The notes: generated from the letters alone by a model not told the origin. Numbered from the stretch's first letter, positions 1-9,207 are shown. The stretch: DNA of 32,000 nt from an uncultured Actinomycetes bacterium (GCA_963843975.1 CAWJMG010000003.1:990001-1022000), one strand, 5' to 3'. Made by a program: numbers and translations.

Positions 1-265
1 ACAGCGCGAGCATCCCCGACCAGCTCGGCAGCCGCCACGCCACCAGGTGCGCGCCGAGGTACCCGATGAGAAGACCCGCCAGGATGATGAGGCCGCCCAT
101 CGACGGGGTGCCGCGCTTCCCCTCGTGCTCCGGGTAGGCCTCGTCGGCGGTGGACACGCGGATGGCCTGCGCGAGGTGGTGCCGGCGCAGGAACTTGATG
201 AGCAGCGGCGTGCCGAGCAGCGACACGAACAGGCCGAGGCCGGCAGCGATGAGCACGAGCCTCAT
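1..265 (-). CDS. mraY: Phospho-N-acetylmuramoyl-pentapeptide transferase MraY, N-terminal part (runs off the left edge)
   Basis: Minus-strand ATG at 265-263 overlaps the murF stop (ATGA). My translation is MRLVLIAAGLGLFVSLLGTPLLIKFLRRHHLAQAIRVSTADEAYPEHEGKRGTPSMGGLIILAG..., which is MraY-like (GTPxMGG). The position after murF matches dcw order. It is absent from the ORF track because there is no stop in the window. Confidence 0.88.
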   Translation of the reverse strand, partial: MRLVLIAAGLGLFVSLLGTPLLIKFLRRHHLAQAIRVSTADEAYPEHEGKRGTPSMGGLIILAGLLIGYLGAHLVAWRLPSWSGMLAL

Positions 266-1671
266 GCGGGGACCTCCGTCAGGGCCAGGGCGAGCCGTTC
301 GAGGCCGGCAGCGCGCGAGGCCTTCACCAGGACGACGTCGCCGGGCGCGACATCACCGGCGACGAGCCGGACCGCCTCATGCACGTCGGCCACCGCCGTG
401 ACCACGCTGGCACCTCCGACCCCTTCCGCGCCCGTCGCCACGCCGGAGGCGCCCGCTCCGACCGCGATGATGCGGTCGATGCCGCGCTCGGCGGCGGCGC
501 GGCCGACGTCCTCGTGCGCGGCCTCGGCGTCGTCCCCGAGCTCGCGCATCTCGCCGAGGACCGCCCAGGTGCGGCGGGCGGGCCGGTGCTCGGAGGCGGC
601 CCCCATCACCACGAGGGCGTCCAGCGCGGCGAGCACCGACTCGGGGTTGGCGTTGTAGGCGTCGTTGACGATCGTGACGCCGGCGGGCGTCGTCGAGACC
701 TCCATGCGCCAGCGGCTTGCTGCCGTCGCCCCGGACAGACGGCGGGCGACGACGTCGCCGGGGATCCCCAGCTCGAGCGCGGTGGCCGCGACGGCGAGGG
801 CGTTGGAGACCTGGTGGGCGCCGTGCAGCTGCAGCTCGACGCGCTCGTGGACGCCGTCGGCGGCGAGGGTGAACGAGGCGCGCCCCTGGTCGTCGAGCAC
901 CTCGTCCTCGGCCCGCACGTCGGCCGACGTCGACCGGCCGTAGGTGACGACCCGGCCCGGCGTACGGGACGCCATTGCGGCGACGAGGTCGTCGTCGGCG
1001 TTGAGGACGGCGACGCCGCCTGCAGCCGCGGCCGGCACGGCCTCGACGAGCTCGCCCTTGGTGACGGCGATGTTCTCGCGCGAGCCGAACTCACCGAGGT
1101 GCGCCGAGCCGACGTTGAGGACGACGCCGATGCGCGGCGGGGTGATCGTGCACAGGTAGGCGATGTGGCCGAGGCCGCGCGCGCCCATCTCGGAGACCAG
1201 GACGCGCGTCGCGCCGTCGCACTGGAGGGCGGTGAGAGGGAGCCCCACCTCGGTGTTGAACGAACCCTGCGGGGCCACGACGGGACCGAGCTCGGTGACG
1301 ACCTGCGCCATGAGGTCCTTGGTGCTCGTCTTGCCGCTGGAGCCGGTGATGCCGACGACGACGAGGTCGGTCAGGCCGTCGACCACCGAGCGCGCGAGCC
1401 GGCCGAGCGCGAGCACGGTGTCGTCCTCGACGACCACGCACGGGACGTCGAGCTCGCGCGAGGCGAGCACGGCCGCCGCGCCGGCGCCGACGGCCTGCGC
1501 GCCGAAGTCGTGCGCATCGTGGTGCTCGCCGACGACTGCGACGAAGAGATCGCCGGGGTGCACCGAGCGCGAGTCGGTGCTGAACCCGGTCACGGCGGTG
1601 ACGGCATCAGCACCCCCGGCCAGACGGCCGCCCACGGCGGCCGCGACGCCCCCGAGATTCAGGGTGATCAT
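262..1671 (-). CDS. murF: UDP-N-acetylmuramoyl-tripeptide--D-alanyl-D-alanine ligase MurF
   Basis: 469-aa ORF with Mur-ligase P-loop GITGSSGKTSTKD. It has 4-nt overlaps with murE (1668-1671) and mraY (262-265). Confidence 0.95.
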   Translation of the reverse strand: MITLNLGGVAAAVGGRLAGGADAVTAVTGFSTDSRSVHPGDLFVAVVGEHHDAHDFGAQAVGAGAAAVLASRELDVPCVVVEDDTVLALGRLARSVVDGLTDLVVVGITGSSGKTSTKDLMAQVVTELGPVVAPQGSFNTEVGLPLTALQCDGATRVLVSEMGARGLGHIAYLCTITPPRIGVVLNVGSAHLGEFGSRENIAVTKGELVEAVPAAAAGGVAVLNADDDLVAAMASRTPGRVVTYGRSTSADVRAEDEVLDDQGRASFTLAADGVHERVELQLHGAHQVSNALAVAATALELGIPGDVVARRLSGATAASRWRMEVSTTPAGVTIVNDAYNANPESVLAALDALVVMGAASEHRPARRTWAVLGEMRELGDDAEAAHEDVGRAAAERGIDRIIAVGAGASGVATGAEGVGGASVVTAVADVHEAVRLVAGDVAPGDVVLVKASRAAGLERLALALTEVPA

Positions 1672-3245
1672 GGCGAGTCCTCGTCGGGTGGCAGGAGGTC
1701 GGCGGGCACGATCCAGCCCGGCTCCATCGCCTCGGCCAGGGCGACCCGGTCGTCGAACGGCGTGACCGTACCGGCCACCTCCTGGCCCTGCTCGTGCCCC
1801 TTGCCCAGCACGAGAACTACGTCACCCTTGCCCGCGAGCGCGACCGCGATCCGCATCGCACGCAGCCGGTCCGGCATCTCGATCCGGCGCCTGCCCGTGA
1901 TCGTGCGCGCGCCGCGCAGGATCTCCGTGCGGATGAGGGCAGGGTCCTCGCTGCGCGGGTTGTCGTCGGTGACGATCACGACGTCGGCACCCTCGACCGC
2001 CGCCCTCCCCATGTCGAAGCGCTTGTGCGGGTCGCGGTCGCCGCCCGCGCCGAGCACCACGTAGACGTGCGAGCGACGGCCGGAGCGTGCGGTCGCCACC
2101 TCTCGTGCGGCCTCGAGGGCCCGCTCGACGGCATCGGGCGTGTGGGCGTAGTCGACGTACGCGTAGAGGCCGCGCTCGAGGTCCGGGTCGGGCACGCGCT
2201 CCATGCGGCCGGGCACGCCCTCGCACGCCGCGATGCCGTCGGCGGCAGTGAGCGGGTCGACCCCCGCCGCCACGAGCAGCCCGAGGGCGCCGAGGGCGTT
2301 GCTGACGTTGAACTCCCCCGGCATCCGCACCTCGAGCGGGACGTCGACGCCCTCCGGTCCGAGTGCGCGCATGACCGAGCCGCCAGGCACCGACACCACG
2401 CCCTCGACCATCCACGTGGCAGGGCCGCGCGTCGAGTACGTCGAGACCGCGAGTCCTTGGGCCGCAGCCGATGCCGCCATGCGCACGCCGTACTCGCCGT
2501 CGACGCCCACGACGGCCGCGTGCGTGCGCGACGCCGTGAAGAGCATGGCCTTCGCCGCGAAGTAGTCGTCCATGTCGGCGTGGAAGTCGAGGTGGTCCTC
2601 GGTGAGGTTCGTGAAGCCGCCGACCGCGAACCGCACGCCGTCGACGCGGCCGAGGACGAGCGCGTGGCTCGACACCTCCATCGTCACCGCGGTGACGCCG
2701 CGCTCGCGCATGACCGCGAGCAGCGCATGGACGTCGGTGGCCTCGGGGGTCGTGCGGTCCGACGGCACGGTCTCGTCGCCGATCCGCGTGCCGACGGTGC
2801 CGATGAGGCCCGTGACGTGCCCGGCGGCACGGAAGCCTCCGTCGACGAGGTAGGAGGTCGTGGTCTTGCCGTTCGTGCCCGTGATGCCGACGACGACGAG
2901 ATCCCGCGACGGGTGGTCGTAGATGTCGGCCGCGACTTCCCCGAGGACCGCTCGCGGGTCGTCCACCACGAGGACCGGCAACCCCGTGGCGGAGCAGCGC
3001 TCGGACCCGGACGGGTCTGTGAGCACGGCTACGGCGCCGGCTGCGGCCGCCTGGGCGACGTACTCGGCCCCGTGCGTGACGAAGCCCGGCAGCGCGGCGT
3101 ACAGATCACCGGGACGGACGTCGCGGGAGTTGTGCGTCACGCCCGTGACGAGCACGTCGGCGGTGGAGGGGACGTCGGCACCCGCCACCCGTGCGACCTC
3201 CCGGAGGGGCCGCGGCGGCGTGCTCGGTCGAGGTCCGGCAGGCAC
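1668..3245 (-). CDS. murE: UDP-N-acetylmuramoyl-L-alanyl-D-glutamate--2,6-diaminopimelate ligase MurE
   Basis: 525-aa ORF with GTG start at 3245. It has P-loop GITGTNGKTTT and a DNPR motif (VTDDNPRSEDP) typical of DAP-adding MurE. dcw gene order fits. Confidence 0.95.
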   Translation of the reverse strand: MPAGPRPSTPPRPLREVARVAGADVPSTADVLVTGVTHNSRDVRPGDLYAALPGFVTHGAEYVAQAAAAGAVAVLTDPSGSERCSATGLPVLVVDDPRAVLGEVAADIYDHPSRDLVVVGITGTNGKTTTSYLVDGGFRAAGHVTGLIGTVGTRIGDETVPSDRTTPEATDVHALLAVMRERGVTAVTMEVSSHALVLGRVDGVRFAVGGFTNLTEDHLDFHADMDDYFAAKAMLFTASRTHAAVVGVDGEYGVRMAASAAAQGLAVSTYSTRGPATWMVEGVVSVPGGSVMRALGPEGVDVPLEVRMPGEFNVSNALGALGLLVAAGVDPLTAADGIAACEGVPGRMERVPDPDLERGLYAYVDYAHTPDAVERALEAAREVATARSGRRSHVYVVLGAGGDRDPHKRFDMGRAAVEGADVVIVTDDNPRSEDPALIRTEILRGARTITGRRRIEMPDRLRAMRIAVALAGKGDVVLVLGKGHEQGQEVAGTVTPFDDRVALAEAMEPGWIVPADLLPPDEDSP

Positions 3246-3265
3246 CTCGCGACCCTATCCCGCGC

Positions 3266-5080
3266 TCACCACTCGACCGGGATCCGCGGGCGGTGCGAAC
3301 CGGTCGGCGGGGTGCGCTCCTGCTGGAGCGCGAACGAGGTGACGCGCTTGAAGACCGGGCCGGCGAGGACGCCGCCGTAGTGGCCGTTGCGCGGGTTCTG
3401 CAGGAAGACGGCGACCACGAGGCTCGGGTTGTCCGCGGGCGCGATGCCGATGAACGACGCGGTGTAGCCCGAGTAGCTCTTGGTCTTGTCGTCGAAGCGG
3501 TTCGCCGTACCGGTCTTGCCGGCGATGCGGTAGCCGGGGATCGCGGCGTTGGGCGCGGTGCCGTCTGCCGACACGACCGACTCGAGCATCGAGCGGACTG
3601 TCTTCGCGGTCTTCTCGCTGACGACGCGTGTCTGCGCCGGGGTCGGTGCAGCCTGGTAGGTGCCGTCGGGCAGCGTGTAGCCGGCGACGAGGCTCGGGGT
3701 CACGCGGACGCCGTTGTTGGCGATGGTCGCGTAGACCGACGCCGCCTGGACGGCGTTCAGCGACAGGCCCTGGCCGAACGCGAGAGTGCCGAACGAGGTG
3801 TCGGACCACTGGTTCGGCGCGGGCACGAAGCCCTTGTTCTCACCGGGGAAGTCCAGGCCGGTCTTCTCGCCGATGCCGAACTTCTTCAGGTAGCTGTAGA
3901 GCTTGTCGCCGCCGATCTTCTCGGCCGCCATGATCGTGCCGATGTTGCTCGACTTGGCGAGCACGCCGTTCAGCGTGAGCTTGAGGGTGCCGTGCGGGCT
4001 GTGGTCGTGCCAGGTCTTGGCCGGACGCTTGAGCACCGGCGGGATGACCATCTTCGTGGTGGGCTTGGCAGCGCCCTCCTCGAGCACCGCGGCCATCGTC
4101 ATGACCTTGCTCGTGGAGCCGGGCTCGAACACGTCGGACACCGCGCGGTTGCCGATGTCGGCGGAGACCGCCTCGGCCGGACGGTTCGGGTCGAAGGTCG
4201 GCACGGTGGCCAGCGCGAGGATCGCGCCGGTCCGCGGGTCCATCACGACGACGGTGCCGCTGTCGGCCCTGGCGTACTTGACCTGCTTGGCGATCGCGTC
4301 CTGCGCCACCCACTGGATGTCCCGGTCGATGGTGAGGCGCACGGTCTTGCCGGCGACGGCGTCGGTGCCCTCGGTGGCCACGGTGGGGATCTCGGTGCCG
4401 CGCGCCGAGCTCTCGAAGGTCTGCGAGCCCGCGACGCCGGCGAGCTGGTCCTGCAGGCCCCACTCGAGACCCGAGCCGCCGGTGCCGTCCGCACGGACGT
4501 GGCCGACGACGTTCGCGGCCACCTCCCCCGCCGGGTAGACGCGGGTCGTGGCCGCCTCGCTGAAGACTCCCGGCACCTTGAGCGCCGCGACCTTCGCCCA
4601 GGTCTCGGGGGTGATGCTCTTGGCGATGTAGACGAAGCGGCGGGTGCCGTCGAGCCGGGGCGCGTACGCCGACGCGTCGCCGCCCAGCACCGAGGCCAGC
4701 GCAGCGGCGCTGGCCTGCACGTCCTTCACCATCGTCTGGTCGACCGTCACGTTGCGGGCGGCGACCGTTGTCGCGAGCGGGACGCCGTTGACGTCGGTGA
4801 TGTCGCCGCGGGTCGCAGGCAGCACGACCTCGCGCATGCGGCTCTTCTCGGCCGCTGCGGCGAGGGCCGGGCCCTGGATGACCTGCAGGTCGATCACGCG
4901 GCCGGCGACGACGGTGACGAGCATGAGCAGGCCGAGCTGCCAGACGCGCAGGCGACGGACGTGGTTGCCGGGGCGGAACGTGCGCGCCTGCTTCGGTGCG
5001 GGAGCGGGACGACGTCGCTGCGCCTGCTTCGGCGCGGGCCGAGGGGCCGGACGACGCGGCGGGGGTGCGAGCGTCGTCAT
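3266..5080 (-). CDS. ftsI: Division-specific class B penicillin-binding protein (FtsI/PbpB)
   Basis: 604-aa ORF with an N-terminal Arg/Pro-rich tail plus a TM helix. Transpeptidase motifs are STSK (SxxK), SSN and KTGT. Its ATG at 5080 overlaps the ftsL stop (ATGA). Confidence 0.92.
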   Translation of the reverse strand: MTTLAPPPRRPAPRPAPKQAQRRRPAPAPKQARTFRPGNHVRRLRVWQLGLLMLVTVVAGRVIDLQVIQGPALAAAAEKSRMREVVLPATRGDITDVNGVPLATTVAARNVTVDQTMVKDVQASAAALASVLGGDASAYAPRLDGTRRFVYIAKSITPETWAKVAALKVPGVFSEAATTRVYPAGEVAANVVGHVRADGTGGSGLEWGLQDQLAGVAGSQTFESSARGTEIPTVATEGTDAVAGKTVRLTIDRDIQWVAQDAIAKQVKYARADSGTVVVMDPRTGAILALATVPTFDPNRPAEAVSADIGNRAVSDVFEPGSTSKVMTMAAVLEEGAAKPTTKMVIPPVLKRPAKTWHDHSPHGTLKLTLNGVLAKSSNIGTIMAAEKIGGDKLYSYLKKFGIGEKTGLDFPGENKGFVPAPNQWSDTSFGTLAFGQGLSLNAVQAASVYATIANNGVRVTPSLVAGYTLPDGTYQAAPTPAQTRVVSEKTAKTVRSMLESVVSADGTAPNAAIPGYRIAGKTGTANRFDDKTKSYSGYTASFIGIAPADNPSLVVAVFLQNPRNGHYGGVLAGPVFKRVTSFALQQERTPPTGSHRPRIPVEW

Positions 5081-5709
5081 CGGGTCTCCCGGCTCGTGGA
5101 GGTCGGCGCGTCGGGAACGGCGGCGTCGGTGACCGGCTTCGGGTCGGGCAGCGCACCGTCGCCCGTGGGTGCGGCCGAGGGCTTCGCCGCAGCCGCGGCG
5201 GTCGTCGCGGGCTTGGTCGTGGTCGTGCCCGGCGTCGTGGTCGTCGGGACGCCGCCCGTCGACGGGAGGCGCGAGAAGGGGTCGGCCTGCGCCGGGGTCG
5301 GGACGCCGAGCACCTTGCCGTCGGCGAGGCGCAGGAACACCGGCGACGCGACAGGCACCATGCCGAGCTTGCGGGCCTGCTCCTGCAGGGCCTCGGGCGC
5401 CTCGGCGAGGGCGACCTGCTGCACGAGCTTCTGCTCCTGCACCGCGAGCCCGCGCTGGGTGGAGGTGAGCGAGGAGATCTCGAAGGCGCCCTGGGCGAGC
5501 GAGGTGTTCAGCACCAGCAGCATGACCATGCCGCCGACCAGGATGCCGAGCACCACGAGCGAGAAGATGCCGTTGCCCGCGACGGCCGGTGCCGGCGGCG
5601 CGACCTCGCGGAGCGGCGTACGACGGGGGCGGCCGGCGATAGCAGGCGTGGCGGCCGGTCGGCCGGCGGGGCGCGTGGTGGCCCGAGCGCTGCGGGCGGT
5701 GGCGCTCAT
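5077..5709 (-). CDS. ftsL: FtsL-like bitopic division protein (Arg-rich N-terminus, one TM, coiled coil, Pro/Thr-rich C-terminus)
   Basis: This is an internal start of the 575-aa track ORF. The ATG at 5709 overlaps the rsmH stop (ATGA). The sequence is MSATARS...[23 protein letters not shown]...QEQKLVQQV.... The position between rsmH and ftsI fits FtsL. Confidence 0.72.
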   Translation of the reverse strand: MSATARSARATTRPAGRPAATPAIAGRPRRTPLREVAPPAPAVAGNGIFSLVVLGILVGGMVMLLVLNTSLAQGAFEISSLTSTQRGLAVQEQKLVQQVALAEAPEALQEQARKLGMVPVASPVFLRLADGKVLGVPTPAQADPFSRLPSTGGVPTTTTPGTTTTKPATTAAAAAKPSAAPTGDGALPDPKPVTDAAVPDAPTSTSRETR

Positions 5710-6695
5710 GCGGCGAGCCTCTGGCGCTCGGCCGCGCGAAGCCGCACCGAGGCGGCGCGAGGGTTCTCCGCGATCTCGGCAGCCGAGGCCTTCTCCGACG
5801 AGCGGGTGACGAGCTTCAGCTCGGGCTCGTGCCCTTCCGGGACGAACGGCAGGTCGTCGGGCACGTCGCTCGTCGCCCGGGACACCAACGCGCGCTTGGT
5901 GATCCGGTCCTCGAGCGACTGGTAGGACATGACGACGATTCGGCCGCCGACGGCGAGCGCATCGATCGCGAGGGGCAGCGCGCGCTCGAGGACCTCGAGC
6001 TCGCCGTTCACCTCGATGCGCAGCGCCTGGAAGGTGCGCTTGGCCGGGTTGCCGCCGGTACGACGGGCAGGCGCGGGGATCGAGTCGCGCACGATGTCGA
6101 CGAGGCGGGCGCTGGTGTCGAAGGGCGCCTTGGCCCGCTCGCGCACGATCGAGTCGGCGATGCGGCCGGCGAACTTCTCCTCGCCGTACTCGCGCAGCAC
6201 CCGCGCGATCTCCTTGCCGGTGTACGTGTTGAGGACCTCGGCGGCGGTGAGGCCGCGCGTCTGGTCCATGCGCATGTCGAGCGGCGCGTCCTGCGAGTAC
6301 GCGAAGCCGCGGTCGGCCTCGTCGAGCTGCATCGAGGAGACGCCGAGGTCGAAGAGGATGCCGTCGATGCTCGGAAGGCCCGCTTCGGCGAGCACTCGCG
6401 GGAGCTCGTCGTACACGGCGTGCACGAGCAGCACCCGCTCGCCGAACGGGGCGAGGCGACGGCCGGAGAGCTCGAGCGCGGAGGTGTCGCGGTCCAGCCC
6501 GACGAGGCGCACCTCGGGGAACCGGGTCAGCAGCGCCTCGCTGTGGCCGCCGAGACCGAGCGTGGCGTCGACGACGACGGCACCGGGCCGGGCGATCGCA
6601 GGGGCGAGGAGCCCGAGGCAGCGATCGAGGAGGACGGGGACGTGGCGGGGCACGTCGGCGTCGCGGGGTGACTGCGCGTCGACGGATCGGCTCAT
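5706..6695 (-). CDS. rsmH: 16S rRNA (cytosine1402-N4)-methyltransferase RsmH (MraW)
   Basis: Start MSRSVDAQ... at 6695. The upstream part of the 468-aa track ORF is low-complexity and non-homologous. Motifs are HVPVLL and [10 protein letters not shown]. 329 aa. Confidence 0.93.
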   Translation of the reverse strand: MSRSVDAQSPRDADVPRHVPVLLDRCLGLLAPAIARPGAVVVDATLGLGGHSEALLTRFPEVRLVGLDRDTSALELSGRRLAPFGERVLLVHAVYDELPRVLAEAGLPSIDGILFDLGVSSMQLDEADRGFAYSQDAPLDMRMDQTRGLTAAEVLNTYTGKEIARVLREYGEEKFAGRIADSIVRERAKAPFDTSARLVDIVRDSIPAPARRTGGNPAKRTFQALRIEVNGELEVLERALPLAIDALAVGGRIVVMSYQSLEDRITKRALVSRATSDVPDDLPFVPEGHEPELKLVTRSSEKASAAEIAENPRAASVRLRAAERQRLAA

Positions 6696-6697
6696 GC

Positions 6698-6859
6698 TCA
6701 GCCCAACCGCTCGACGAGGTCGGACAGGGCGAGCAGGAGGCCGGCGGAGAGGGCGACGGCGCCGCAGAGCGCCGCGACGGGGACGACTGCGCCCCGCACG
6801 CCACGCAGGCGCAGGCGCCGGCTGGGGCGCTGCGTCTGGCGGTGCAGGGTCAGGTCCAT
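6698..6859 (-). CDS. Candidate 53-aa single-pass membrane protein between mraZ and rsmH
   Basis: The ATG at 6859 is preceded by GAGGAGG about 7 nt upstream. The sequence is [53 protein letters not shown]. Third positions are almost all G/C. The stop TGA lies 2 nt before the rsmH ATG (TGAGCATG). I recognise no homology. Confidence 0.45.
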   Translation of the reverse strand: MDLTLHRQTQRPSRRLRLRGVRGAVVPVAALCGAVALSAGLLLALSDLVERLG

Positions 6860-7059
6860 CGTGGTGCCTCCTCGCCCTGTCGGGCGCTCGCGGTGGGGGC
6901 CGGTCGTGCGGTCGTGCGGTGCTCTCGCGGTGCGGTGCTCGGAGGATCTGTTCGTGGTTCCAGGTCCCCGTCCGTCGTCCGGGGTGGGGTCCGCCTGGCA
7001 CCGGGGAAGGTGCGCCAGGTGGCCGGGCGACGGATCGGAGGCCTGATGCCACGACCTGA

Positions 7060-7497
7060 TCAGCTGGTCGGCACCACCTCCGCGTCGAGCTGGGCGAAGG
7101 ACTCGTCCGCACCCTCGAGGTAGGACTCCCACGCGGTGGGGTCCCAGATCTCGATGAAGGTGTTCTGGCCGATGACGACGCACTCGCGGGTCAGGCCGGC
7201 GTACTCGCGCAGCGAGGACGGGATCGTGATGCGCCCCTGCTTGTCCGGCACGTCGTCGTACGCGCTCGCGAACAGCACGCGGCTGTAGCGGCGCATGTCG
7301 GCGACCGTGTGCTTGCCCTGGGCGAGCTCCTCGGAGTACTGCGCGAAGCCCGTCTTGGTCCAGACGACGACGCAGCGGTCCTGGCCCTTGCTCATGACGA
7401 GGCCATCGGCGAGGTGGTCGCGGTAGCGCGCGGGGAGGATCACGCGGTTCTTGTCGTCCAGGCGCGGCGAGTGGGTTCCGAGGAACACCGTCACCAC
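7060..7497 (-). CDS. mraZ: Transcriptional regulator MraZ
   Basis: The ORF begins with GTG GTG ACG GTG TTC. The most likely start is the GTG at 7488, which gives the canonical MFLGTH... N-terminus with AGGAGG 9 nt upstream. Two SpoVT/AbrB-like halves are present ([18 protein letters not shown]). Confidence 0.93.
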   Translation of the reverse strand: MVTVFLGTHSPRLDDKNRVILPARYRDHLADGLVMSKGQDRCVVVWTKTGFAQYSEELAQGKHTVADMRRYSRVLFASAYDDVPDKQGRITIPSSLREYAGLTRECVVIGQNTFIEIWDPTAWESYLEGADESFAQLDAEVVPTS

Positions 7498-7541
7498 CTC
7501 CTGGTCGCTCCCCCGGGCCCGCTGCCCTGGATCTGCGCGCC

Positions 7542-7573
7542 AACATACTCCACTTCACTCCACCGTCAACCAC
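7542..7573 (-). promoter_or_regulatory. Putative mraZ/dcw promoter (TTGACG-N16-TATGTT) overlapped by 10-bp-periodic GTGG(A/T)(G/T) direct repeats (candidate MraZ operator)
   Basis: The minus strand reads GTGGTTGACG GTGGAGTGAA GTGGAGTATG TTGGCG. The -35 is at 7569-7564 and the -10 at 7547-7542. GTGG starts at 7573, 7563 and 7553, and a degenerate TTGG starts at 7543. The block lies 45-85 nt upstream of mraZ. Confidence 0.5.
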
Positions 7574-7838
7574 CAATGGTCGTCCGAACGGCTCATGTTG
7601 CGCACTTCTTGCTCGACCGCGCTCATCACTGCAGGTCACAGCGGTGGTGAGAAGTGGAGGGAGCGGTGACCGACGTGCCCGAAAGCAGTCCCTTCGGTGG
7701 GGAGGAGGTCGGGCAGCGGCCGCAGCCCGAGCGGCATCACCCCAGGTCAGAGCCCTGGGCAGACCGGGCGGGGACGCGCGGGGGCGTCCGGTGGAGCGAT
7801 GTGGGGGGCCGACCAGGGGCGGGGAGCGCCGGGGAGGG

Positions 7839-8387
7839 CTAGAGGTCCGAGCGGGAGCCGACGTCGGTGACGCCGAGCTCCCTCGGCACCGGCCAGTCGT
7901 GGATCACGGACGTCCTCAGCAGGACGTCCTGCACCGAGCGGTTCTCGCGGCTGATGACGCACCAGAACAGCGCGATCGGCACGAGCGTGCACAGCGAGGC
8001 CCGCACGAAGGCGAGGGGCCACGAGAGCTTGGCGCCCTTGCGCCCGACCACGCGCAGGCCGAGCAGGCGCGAGCCGAAGCTGCGACCGGCCGTCGCCCAG
8101 CCGACCGTGAGATAGAAGACCATGTAGCAGTAGCCGAGGACGACGAAGTAGAAGAACGGCCAGACGGGCAGGTCGAACGCGCGCGGGTCGAGCAGGAAGC
8201 GCAGCACCACGATCGCGACCCAGGTGCCGAACGTCGCCCCGGCCACGAGCAGGTAGTCCACGGCGCCGGCGATCGTGCGCGTGACGACGCCCGCGCGCAG
8301 ACCCTGGAAGGCACGGGCCTCGGGGCGGATCGGGTCGAGGCGGCGGGGGTGCGGCTCCCGCTGCTCGCCCGACGTCGGCTCACTCAT
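7839..8387 (-). CDS. RDD family membrane protein
   Basis: Three to four TM segments and a GRSFGSRLLGLRVV motif typical of RDD domains. The ATG at 8387 has GAGG 5 nt upstream and overlaps the upstream gene's stop by 8 nt (ATGAGTGA). An alternative start is at 8423. Confidence 0.8.
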   Translation of the reverse strand: MSEPTSGEQREPHPRRLDPIRPEARAFQGLRAGVVTRTIAGAVDYLLVAGATFGTWVAIVVLRFLLDPRAFDLPVWPFFYFVVLGYCYMVFYLTVGWATAGRSFGSRLLGLRVVGRKGAKLSWPLAFVRASLCTLVPIALFWCVISRENRSVQDVLLRTSVIHDWPVPRELGVTDVGSRSDL

Positions 8388-9162
8388 CGCGACCTCGCAT
8401 CGAGTGCGGATCCCCGGGGGCATCGGTGCTGCGCGCCTTGCGGCGCAGCAGGATCCGGTCGACCCAGCGGTTGACGAGCTCGTCGCCGGACACCGCCGAC
8501 ATGCGGGCCGAGTCGACCACGACGGTGGCGACGCCCGAGGTGGAGTCTCGGATGATCTCCGGGAGGTCCACCTCGTCGATGACCTCCTCCGCGAGGCCGG
8601 CGACGTCGACCTGCGTGCGGATCAGGGTGTTGAGATCGACGCTCTCCACTGCGGAGTTCACGACCGCGGCGAGGTCGACCCGCTCCAGCACGAGCTCGGT
8701 GAGGTCGAGCCGGTCGAGCACCTCGGTGACGATCCGCTCGAGGTCGACCCGCTGCAGGACGAGCTGGGTCAGGTCGATCCGGTCCAGGACCCGCGTGAGG
8801 ACCTCGGGCACGACGTAGTCGAGGGTGTCGTCGGAGATGACAGTGATGTCCTCCCCCGCCGCGAACCGGACGGCGCGTCCGCGCTCGGTGAGCCGGTCGA
8901 CGGCGTACCCGGCGGTGAACCGCTCCGGAACGAGCGGCGGGCGCGAGACGAGGCCCCAGACGCTGCGGGCGACGGGGGCCAGCGATCGGCCGACGGCCGA
9001 CGTCGCCGCGACCGCAGGGCGAGCCACGACGACTGCGGCGCCGACCGCGATGTCGAGCGGGCCCTCGACCACGGCCGGCAGGCGCGGCGCCCGGTGGCGC
9101 ACGACGGGGAGCGCCGCGGGCTGCTCGCCTCCGGCGCCCGGGGCGTCGCGGTCGTCTGTCAC
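8380..9162 (-). CDS. Hypothetical protein with 23-residue (V/I/L)DL tandem repeats
   Basis: 260-aa ORF with GTG start and high GC3. The central region aa 129-206 is IDLTQLVLQRVDLERIVTEVLDR / LDLTELVLERVDLAAVVNSAVES / VDLNTLIRTQVDVAGLAEEVIDE / VDLPEIIRD. I recognise no family. Confidence 0.65.
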   Translation of the reverse strand: MTDDRDAPGAGGEQPAALPVVRHRAPRLPAVVEGPLDIAVGAAVVVARPAVAATSAVGRSLAPVARSVWGLVSRPPLVPERFTAGYAVDRLTERGRAVRFAAGEDITVISDDTLDYVVPEVLTRVLDRIDLTQLVLQRVDLERIVTEVLDRLDLTELVLERVDLAAVVNSAVESVDLNTLIRTQVDVAGLAEEVIDEVDLPEIIRDSTSGVATVVVDSARMSAVSGDELVNRWVDRILLRRKARSTDAPGDPHSMRGRDE

Positions 9163-9207
9163 CGGGTCAGTGTGGCGCAGGCTCGGCCGATGAGGGCGGG
9201 CGGTGGC

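Noticed and set aside
3191-5809. 872-aa plus-strand ORF, plus similar long ORFs at 379..2064, 1794..3380, 20327..23290, 23315..25396, 13516..15678(-) and 15537..17678(-)
   Set aside because: These are antisense shadow ORFs typical of very GC-rich DNA. Their products are Arg/Gly/Ala/Asp low-complexity with no motifs, while the opposite strand encodes proteins with unambiguous catalytic motifs.
5077-6804. 575-aa minus-strand ORF read as one protein
   Set aside because: Only the last 210 codons (from the ATG at 5709, coupled to the rsmH stop) look like a real protein (FtsL-like). The upstream part is an out-of-frame read-through of rsmH with Arg/Pro low complexity.
6698-7639. 313-aa minus-strand ORF spanning mraZ and its promoter
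   Set aside because: It overlaps mraZ out of frame and has an Arg/Pro/Gly-rich composition. Only its last 53 codons, which have their own SD and ATG, are kept as a candidate small gene.
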